Part shown: in pieces, positions 57,693-64,000 of the stretch
Layout: every line of letters begins with the position of its first letter
How positions within the stretch are numbered: the stretch's first letter is position 1
IMG/VR virus record: IMGVR_UViG_3300008259_005066
Location: 62,001-126,000 of that record
Strand: one strand, 5' to 3'
DNA: 64,000 bases
Program-made: the position numbers and the translations under genes
The notes under the pieces: model-generated
Told to the model about the DNA's origin: nothing
What the model saw: only the letters and a program-made list of their open reading frames with translations
Databases searched by the model: none

Positions 57693-58631
57693 CTATAGGC
57701 GATGGATGTAATGAATCCGTTGTTGATTTTGGCATTGGGATTATTGACGTATCCTGCGCCACCGGCTGTGACTATCACAGCATTGACATTGCCACCTGCA
57801 GTGGCCACGGCATATCCTTCAGCACCTGTGCCTTCGCCCACAAAGTCTACATTAGGGAATGGCGTGGAAATCCACTGACTACCAGAATTGTTCATGGTAA
57901 CATTGGTCACGGTGCCACCACTGACCACTGCATTGCCAATTTTGGCCTTGTAGCCATATTGATTTACTTCGAAACGACTGTCGCTGGCTGCCAACATCAT
58001 ACCATGGCCCCAATTGTGTGCTGGAACCCTGCGCCTTGACGTTGCCCGAGAAATTGTCAAAGTCCATCTGGAAGGTTACAAGATCGCGACCTTGTGTATA
58101 CACCGCAGATGTATGATTGCGATTGGGATTGCTCTGGCTGATTTCCGGGTTGGTAGGAACAGTCATTATCTCACTGGGCACAAATGCAGGATACACTGAA
58201 TCTACTACATCGGCTGTGCCGCGGCCGCCGGAGTAGGCATTGGTAAACACAGGCTCGTAGAGTTCGCTGGTGGCTGAGTTACGTTCAAGGCTCCAGCCCA
58301 CGGGCTGTGCATCAACTTCGTCTAGATCGGTGCTGAGCAGAGTGACCTTGGCCCGGCCGTAAGCGGCACTGAGTATTTCTAGGTCTTTGCTCAACAAAAG
58401 TATATCACCATTGGTCGAGATCAATCGGAAAGTGATGGTAGACCCAGTGATGTTCACGGGTTTCTGATCTTGATTGACGAATTCAAACAGTATGACGTTG
58501 TCTACGCCACGATGGATTTTTAAATTTTTAGCATACACGGGTTGCCACCTCCGGTCAAAATAGGCACCACTGGTGTCGATCAAAATGACCTGCTGTCGCT
58601 GTTGATATAAATAGGCAGTGGTTGAATACAT
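57689..58631 (-). pseudogene. Structural (baseplate/tail-like) gene with a frameshift/deletion near 57977
   Basis: Frame ...WYDVGSQRQ joins RFEVNQYG... in another frame; the two ORFs overlap with nonsense ends. Confidence 0.65.
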
Positions 58632-58652
58632 AAGGTTTTCCTAACGATATTT

Positions 58653-59030
58653 ATGGGCTCTGAAATCTTCGCTAAAATAGCCGAACGCTACCCTTTCATA
58701 ACATTTTGCACCTATGCTGGCAATGAATACATCGGTGTGATACAGAACCGCGATGATGCTGTGACCACCATCTATGATTTTGGCAATATTCCCCACGCAG
58801 ATCTCAAGAAACTGTTCTTAGAATTGGCCAATACTTGGTGGTGGGAAAGCAATCGTAGCATACCTATCAATATATTCCTCAAGCAAGATTGGGAAGTATT
58901 CCGCCCTTATCTCAGGACATTTACCAACAAAGATCTGGAAATAGTGCATGGACCATGCACCAGCCTCACCGACATAGCCCGCAAAAAATCCAAACGCAAA
59001 TCAATCACCCTGGTTCGCAGGATCGATTAA
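58653..59030 (+). CDS. Hypothetical protein
   Basis: 125-aa ORF (WWWESNR.IPINIF); TATAAATA at 58606. Confidence 0.75.
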   Translation: MGSEIFAKIAERYPFITFCTYAGNEYIGVIQNRDDAVTTIYDFGNIPHADLKKLFLELANTWWWESNRSIPINIFLKQDWEVFRPYLRTFTNKDLEIVHGPCTSLTDIARKKSKRKSITLVRRID

Positions 59031-59579
59031 GTTCATGTGCAGTGCTACCAAAGCCGCATAACTGATAGCATGGCTTTTCTTGAAAGTATAACCACGGCTG
59101 TCGTCACCATCCCACACTGACTCAAACACTTCGGCCCATGGGAGATTTTGTAGATGGGCCTTGCCAGGGCGTATGATAGATATAAAAGCTGCCATCCTGG
59201 GTATAGAATCGGGTCTCATGATTGAGAGCAGGCCAGTGTAATTGCCCACATGCACCAATCGGCTGGCCCAGTCTGTATCAGTCCATAATTTTGTCCAAGG
59301 GGGCGATCGATCCAACATGTCTTTGTAATGATCCGGGCCCCGGACCAAAGAATACACGCTCATATTTAAAAAATCCAGTTTGAAGTAACCCCTAGATTCG
59401 GCTTCTTGATAGTCTATGGACGCACATTGATTGATAGGATCCCAAGGTATATCCGTGACATATACTCCGGAGTTGTGTCGTCGCACTTGAGATTCTACAT
59501 GTTGTCTCGCAGATCTGTGCTGTATCAGCGACAGGATCTTTTCTCTATCAGCGAAATCTATGTCAATGTCTGCGCTCAT
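59001..59579 (-). CDS. Miniature DNA polymerase III alpha (family C) catalytic-core homologue
   Basis: DIDIDF, HNSGVY, GYFKLDFL, IRPG, YTFKKSHAISYA in DnaE order within 192 aa. Confidence 0.85.
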   Translation of the reverse strand: MSADIDIDFADREKILSLIQHRSARQHVESQVRRHNSGVYVTDIPWDPINQCASIDYQEAESRGYFKLDFLNMSVYSLVRGPDHYKDMLDRSPPWTKLWTDTDWASRLVHVGNYTGLLSIMRPDSIPRMAAFISIIRPGKAHLQNLPWAEVFESVWDGDDSRGYTFKKSHAISYAALVALHMNLIDPANQGD

Positions 59580-60271
59580 CACCAACCTGCCTGTCGTAAC
59601 ATTTCGCGGGCATACTCTTGATCTGCCGGATAATCGCGGAATTTGCGTTGCCAGAATTCAGGATCGATCCAAGGCCATACTATGGCGATCTGCTCTTGGT
59701 CTAGATCATCCAGCAATTTTTGTCCGCTGTCGCAGTTATACAATACCCAAGCACTGATGCGGCCGGTGGACACAGCATAGGCCACGGCATTGCTGTTGCC
59801 ATATCTCAAACAATCCTGTGCCGGGTGCCCATGGGTTTCACTCCAGTCGATAGAATATTCTATGGCCCGAGCCAAGGCATCATTTACGCTTTCCTTGCGC
59901 ATGTATTCTGCGAGGTATTCTGCATACACGCTGTCTCTACACCAATGATCGATCTTTTTGTTTTTCTCTACCACCCAATCAATGAATCTGGCAGTGTTCA
60001 CAGCACGGATGGCCACACAATGACGGCCAAACTTTACAAAGGCTCGATAGTAAGGACTCTTGGCAAAATCATCAAAGGTTTTGAGTTTGGCAGAACCTTG
60101 CGTCATTTCGTAGAAACGCAGATAGGCCTGTAACCCCAACCGCACACCGGGCTCCTCTCGATCTTGATAACGGCGTTTTTGTTCGCACACATGCACAGCC
60201 AGGCTCTCGGGCCTGGCAAAAGTTTTTTCACAATATCTACAGACGTGGTCAGTCTTTGTTTCCGTGCTCAC
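59579..60271 (-). CDS. Zinc-finger protein
   Basis: CRYCEKTF....LAVHVC. Confidence 0.75.
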   Translation of the reverse strand: MSTETKTDHVCRYCEKTFARPESLAVHVCEQKRRYQDREEPGVRLGLQAYLRFYEMTQGSAKLKTFDDFAKSPYYRAFVKFGRHCVAIRAVNTARFIDWVVEKNKKIDHWCRDSVYAEYLAEYMRKESVNDALARAIEYSIDWSETHGHPAQDCLRYGNSNAVAYAVSTGRISAWVLYNCDSGQKLLDDLDQEQIAIVWPWIDPEFWQRKFRDYPADQEYAREMLRQAGW

Positions 60272-60689
60272 GTAGATACTCTTGTAGTTCTTTTTTGGTG
60301 ACCAACTTGGCCATGACTTCTATGTCAGACATCTTCCAGTTAGGATAGAGGTCTGTCAACGTTTTCTTTACTTCGCTGTTGCCGGCTTCTTTCTTCTTGG
60401 GAGCGATCCACTGATGCCGTTGTGTGCCCAGACCAGGACTCACTGCCGTGGCACATAACCATTGTAGTTTGGGGTGACGATTGATGGCAAAGAAGTTTTT
60501 GTTGAGATAGTGATTGGTGCTCTGCACATAGTATTCCTGCAATTCCTGACCGCCTTGTATGGCAGATCCCCAACGTATCATGAGATAGTTTGAAAACTTC
60601 TTGCGTTCTTCGTCAGTGAGTTCATCATAGAATGATCTGTTTTTACGATCAAACTCGGACATTTCGTTGCCGATGCTTAACTTATCCAT
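60249..60689 (-). CDS. Clamp-loader small subunit-like protein (T4 gp62-like)
   Basis: KKFSNYLMIRWGS...HQWI..KKK pattern; replication context. Confidence 0.55.
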   Translation of the reverse strand: MDKLSIGNEMSEFDRKNRSFYDELTDEERKKFSNYLMIRWGSAIQGGQELQEYYVQSTNHYLNKNFFAINRHPKLQWLCATAVSPGLGTQRHQWIAPKKKEAGNSEVKKTLTDLYPNWKMSDIEVMAKLVTKKELQEYLREHGNKD

Positions 60690-61189
60690 CACCAAGCCTT
60701 GTTGTAGTCAACGATCTCACAGTTCCTGGAGATGTCCTTGACAAAATACACACAATCAGGTTCTGGATCCTCTGTGAGTGGCACACACAGCATCTGACCA
60801 TTTTTTAGTTTAGGGCAATACCATGCCACGTCGTGATAGACATCCACGATCTCTATGTCCAGGAAACTGGGGCGGAATGACGTCAGTGGATTGAACTGGA
60901 ACACTTTGAATCCGCGATCATTGATCGACGTCAACGGCAACATCTCTAGATCGCCCAAGTCGGGCTCACCTATCAGCACTTGCCAGTCTATGGGCATTTT
61001 GATCCTGTGGGATCCGATCTGTAGCACCAAGGCCGGTGAGTTGAAACTCTCAAGGAAGATCAGAGGAATATAGTGATAGTCTGGATCTGCGGGATCTGAG
61101 TTATCTAATATCGCGAAACGCATGTCATCCACTTCTTCGGGTAGCGCATCCAGATCATAGGCTGTGTTGTCTAGTGTGAGTATCTTCAT
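60689..61189 (-). CDS. Hypothetical protein
   Basis: 166 aa, beta-rich; TATAAT 7 nt upstream. Confidence 0.7.
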   Translation of the reverse strand: MKILTLDNTAYDLDALPEEVDDMRFAILDNSDPADPDYHYIPLIFLESFNSPALVLQIGSHRIKMPIDWQVLIGEPDLGDLEMLPLTSINDRGFKVFQFNPLTSFRPSFLDIEIVDVYHDVAWYCPKLKNGQMLCVPLTEDPEPDCVYFVKDISRNCEIVDYNKAW

Positions 61190-61197
61190 AGTATCCA

Positions 61198-61803
61198 TTA
61201 TACGATATAATTTCTGTATCCGCGACCGAGTATGACTCCATAATCTCTCGCGACAAGGACCCCAAATCCTTGCCCCAAAAGATAAGGAACCACGGCGCCA
61301 CCCTTGCCAATAAACACGCCATTGTATTCATAGGTATCATCAACACATATCACACATCGATCACTCATATGCGGCAATAGATTGACCATTTGAGTGACAT
61401 GTGCTGTTTGGCAGTTGATGTTGGTCATGATCAAGCCTTGCTGACTATACCAAGCGATTTGATCCTGGATCATTTGTTGCTGTCTATCAGTGCGCCAATC
61501 CCAGTCGAAGTTATCCAGATACAGCACCCGTATTTTTGACCCGGAATATTGAGCTGTCCATTGGGTGCCTTCGGCTTGCACAAATTCAGCAAGATGGCTG
61601 TGCTCCGGAGCGATAGTTTTGCGCAATCTATGTCTGGCATCTTGATCGAGATCCACAGACACAAATCTCATGTCATGTGTGTGGGCCAGATCTGCGAAAT
61701 AGGCACTGCTGCCTTCCCATCTATCCGACCCAATCTCTACGATAACCTCACCAGAGAACTTGCCCAATAGGTGTTCTCCCACTTGTTGATACAGTTTACC
61801 CAA
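61198..61803 (-). CDS. Class I SAM-dependent methyltransferase-like protein
   Basis: IVEIGS, SVD, LYLD, VDD, GKG. Confidence 0.75.
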   Translation of the reverse strand: MGKLYQQVGEHLLGKFSGEVIVEIGSDRWEGSSAYFADLAHTHDMRFVSVDLDQDARHRLRKTIAPEHSHLAEFVQAEGTQWTAQYSGSKIRVLYLDNFDWDWRTDRQQQMIQDQIAWYSQQGLIMTNINCQTAHVTQMVNLLPHMSDRCVICVDDTYEYNGVFIGKGGAVVPYLLGQGFGVLVARDYGVILGRGYRNYIV

Positions 61804-63265
61804 TGGTCATCCACTCCAGTTTCTCGTGCGTGAAAGGATAACGGGCTTCTTTGTAGAACTGTTTGCGCTTGGTCAAGTGCCTTTTGGCGAATCGGCAGGT
61901 GGAGGTGATGTCCCAGATTTGGACGAAGTCTTTGTCCTCAGCTTTTCTAATGCCGCGCCCAATTGATTGTATAACTCGGACAAAGCTCTTTCCGGGTTCC
62001 ACAAGCACCAGATTGAAAATACGAGGAATATTGATACCAACAGCAGCCACGCCATAGGTAGCAACAATAATTTTATCGGTAGCTTCAGCCACTTCGTCAT
62101 ATTCATCCTGTCTGTCCTTTGCTTTGGTGGCGCCTGAAACAAACACAGCACGGTCGCCCAGTCGTTTTACTAGTTCTTGTCCGGCTGTGATACGATCTAC
62201 CAGCACGAGAGTGTTGCCTGTTTCGTTAACTTGCCGTATCAAACTGGCCATGGTATCCAACCGCCCTGATTCCTCTAAAAGATATTTCAGTTCGCTTTGA
62301 TAGTTGTTGTATTCCACATGGTCTACTAGTTGCACGATGTTGACATGGCACTGCGCCAGCACTCCTCTATCCTGCAGTTCAGCGGCGGCCAGTCGAGATA
62401 TCACTGGTCCTAGACTCACATGCAAGGCCTGGAATTCAAAATCTTCTTTGGGTATGGTTCCTGTCAATCCCCAACGGATTGGCACTTGCGCCATCACGCC
62501 TGTGAGCAGAGTTTTCAGTGCATCGGCCTTGGCCATGTGCACCTCGTCCACTATCACGCACACTACGCCTTCGATAAATTCACCAATGGTGATTTCTGCT
62601 GATTGATTTTTGGTGTTCTTTAACAGCACATTGAGACTCTGCCATGTGCAGATGGTGTGTGTGCGTCCAAACTCTTTGCGGTCTCCGAAGAACACACCCA
62701 CGTCCAGACCCATGTTGATGTAGTCTTTTTCTGTCTGTGTCACAAGACTTTTGTTAGGAACTATCACTATGCTACGACCATAAGGTGTCACAGCATGGCT
62801 CAGGGCGGCAGTCATGATTGTTTTGCCGGCGCCAGTGGCCACTTCTTGCAGGCATTGAGGGTTGGCAAGAAAGTTGTTGACTATGTCAACTTGGTAGTCT
62901 CGCATCATGACAGGTTCGCCGGCATTGGGATGTCCTTTGGGCCAAGAGATGTTAGAGAAAGTGTCTTCTTGCACTTGCTCAAACTCAAAGGTGGTGCGAT
63001 ACTCTCTTTGATCGTCCAGTTCTATGTCGTAACCATATTCTTCCAGCACTGGTATGATTTCAGGCAAGAGGTTTACGTAGGTGCTACCACCCAGTTGGAA
63101 AAAGGAGACCTTGCCATCCCATCGCCCCAATCTTACCGCTGGTAGGTATCTGGCGTAAGGAACATCATATTTGAACTTGTTGACTAGAGTGCGACGTGCA
63201 TCCAGTTCTAGCCCTTCTATCTTGACGTTGACTTCATCTCGTATGCTTAGTCGTGCAGTTCTCAT
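61796..63265 (-). CDS. uvsW: UvsW-like SF2 helicase
   Basis: WDGK, RDYQ, TGAGKT, DEVH, GLTGT, QSIGRGIR. Confidence 0.92.
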   Translation of the reverse strand: MRTARLSIRDEVNVKIEGLELDARRTLVNKFKYDVPYARYLPAVRLGRWDGKVSFFQLGGSTYVNLLPEIIPVLEEYGYDIELDDQREYRTTFEFEQVQEDTFSNISWPKGHPNAGEPVMMRDYQVDIVNNFLANPQCLQEVATGAGKTIMTAALSHAVTPYGRSIVIVPNKSLVTQTEKDYINMGLDVGVFFGDRKEFGRTHTICTWQSLNVLLKNTKNQSAEITIGEFIEGVVCVIVDEVHMAKADALKTLLTGVMAQVPIRWGLTGTIPKEDFEFQALHVSLGPVISRLAAAELQDRGVLAQCHVNIVQLVDHVEYNNYQSELKYLLEESGRLDTMASLIRQVNETGNTLVLVDRITAGQELVKRLGDRAVFVSGATKAKDRQDEYDEVAEATDKIIVATYGVAAVGINIPRIFNLVLVEPGKSFVRVIQSIGRGIRKAEDKDFVQIWDITSTCRFAKRHLTKRKQFYKEARYPFTHEKLEWMTIG

Positions 63266-63271
63266 TGTGAT

Positions 63272-63299
63272 ATTATACACTAATTTTGACGTGTGTCAA
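63272..63299 (-). promoter_or_regulatory. sigma70 promoter giving a leaderless uvsW mRNA
   Basis: TTGACA-N16-TATAAT, 6 nt before ATG; -35 lies in the palindrome ATTTTGAC-n4-GTCAAAAT. Confidence 0.75.
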
Positions 63300-63309
63300 A
63301 ATAATTTGA

Positions 63310-64000
63310 TTAATGTGCATCCATTGCCGTTAGGACCTCGTCAAACAGGCTACGGAAAATACCCAAATGTTTTTGGATTTGCGGTATATCAACTTTCCTA
63401 TGTTTCATAAGTTTGGAAAATCTATCCACAAACTGTTGCCGCCATTGCGGACTGAATTTAACCTTGTCTAACCCATCAATCAGATCTTGTATCCACTGCG
63501 TCTGCTTGGATATCAATCTAAATCTTTGATTGCAATCCTGTAGATACTGTTTCAGTTCGATTTTTTCAGAAACGGTAAGTATGTCCCAAGACCAGCATCC
63601 GGGCGATAGATTGTGCAAAGAAATTGGTGTGCGTTCTCGATTGGCCCAGTCCAAAGTGGCATGCAGATTTTGAATATTAAGCACCTGTGTGACCACATGA
63701 AAATTGAGTTTGATGTTTGATAGTTGTTTCAGTTTTTGGTAATTGCCGATCAAGGTATCCCAGGTGTAAGGGTAACGCATAAGAGCATAGGTTTCTTCTA
63801 TAGCATCTATGCTGATTTGCATTTCAATTGCTTTGATCTCTGTAAGCTTTTTCCAAAGTTCATCAGTCAATACGCTGGCATTGGTTACGATCCTGGCTTC
63901 GAGATTTTTTTCAATGATCTTGTTGCAAATTTTGACGTTGTTTTTGAATAAGAAAAATTCCCCGCCTATGAAACTGACCTGCTCGAGATCAGGTAGCAGA
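63310..64000 (-). CDS. Radical SAM protein, C-terminal part (continues beyond the window)
   Basis: Open frame to the window edge with FIGGEF, VTNAS, ISIDA. Confidence 0.75.
   Translation of the reverse strand, partial: LLPDLEQVSFIGGEFFLFKNNVKICNKIIEKNLEARIVTNASVLTDELWKKLTEIKAIEMQISIDAIEETYALMRYPYTWDTLIGNYQKLKQLSNIKLNFHVVTQVLNIQNLHATLDWANRERTPISLHNLSPGCWSWDILTVSEKIELKQYLQDCNQRFRLISKQTQWIQDLIDGLDKVKFSPQWRQQFVDRFSKLMKHRKVDIPQIQKHLGIFRSLFDEVLTAMDAH

Noticed and set aside
57-63951. Numerous short antisense ORFs in the track
   Set aside because: Shadows of real genes on the opposite strand, with no SD or recognisable motifs
1-64000. Alternative genetic code (stop-codon reassignment)
   Set aside because: Conserved genes are full-length in code 11 and end in TAA, TAG and TGA; the breaks are frame changes, not in-frame stops
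1-64000. CRISPR array, tRNA or rRNA genes
   Set aside because: No regularly spaced repeats or cloverleaf/T-loop structures seen; intergenic gaps are short. tRNAscan was not run
1-64000. Bacterial chromosome or prophage origin
   Set aside because: Host-like genes are isolated among T4-like replication and structural genes with late promoters; no integrase or bacterial operon context

Overview
A 64-kb segment of a large lytic T4-like (myovirus-type) dsDNA phage genome in genetic code 11, with most genes on the minus strand. The host is probably an aquatic proteobacterium, likely a betaproteobacterium (inferred from the aceA, iscU/iscA, desaturase and phasin sequences). Core genes: DNA ligase, class Ia RNR (nrdA/nrdB) with glutaredoxin, gp41-like helicase, primase, UvsW-like helicase, clamp-loader small subunit-like protein, PD-(D/E)XK exonuclease, PAAR and tail proteins, and a SleB-type cell-wall hydrolase. 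Host-takeover genes: two ClpP, ClpX, ClpS, Hsp20, a deleted bS21 remnant, isocitrate lyase, phasin, fatty-acid desaturase, SAM decarboxylase, UvsE and IscU/IscA. Tailoring enzymes: two amidinotransferases, two 2OG-Fe(II) oxygenases, a UDP-sugar dehydrogenase, a GT10-like transferase, a PLP enzyme, three SGNH proteins, a methyltransferase and two radical SAM enzymes. Best candidates for undescribed biology: (1) a PHA-granule hijacking module (phasin, aceA and a PhaM/PhaF-like mini-protein, each next to a PhaR-type TGCAnTGCA operator, with a ROSE-like thermometer shared between phasin and hsp20); (2) a 192-aa miniature DnaE catalytic core; (3) duplicated amidinotransferase cassettes; (4) a Pol-beta nucleotidyltransferase/ligase-like fusion. 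Several genes carry frameshifts or internal deletions that may be assembly artefacts. All family calls come from motif recognition by eye, not database searches.
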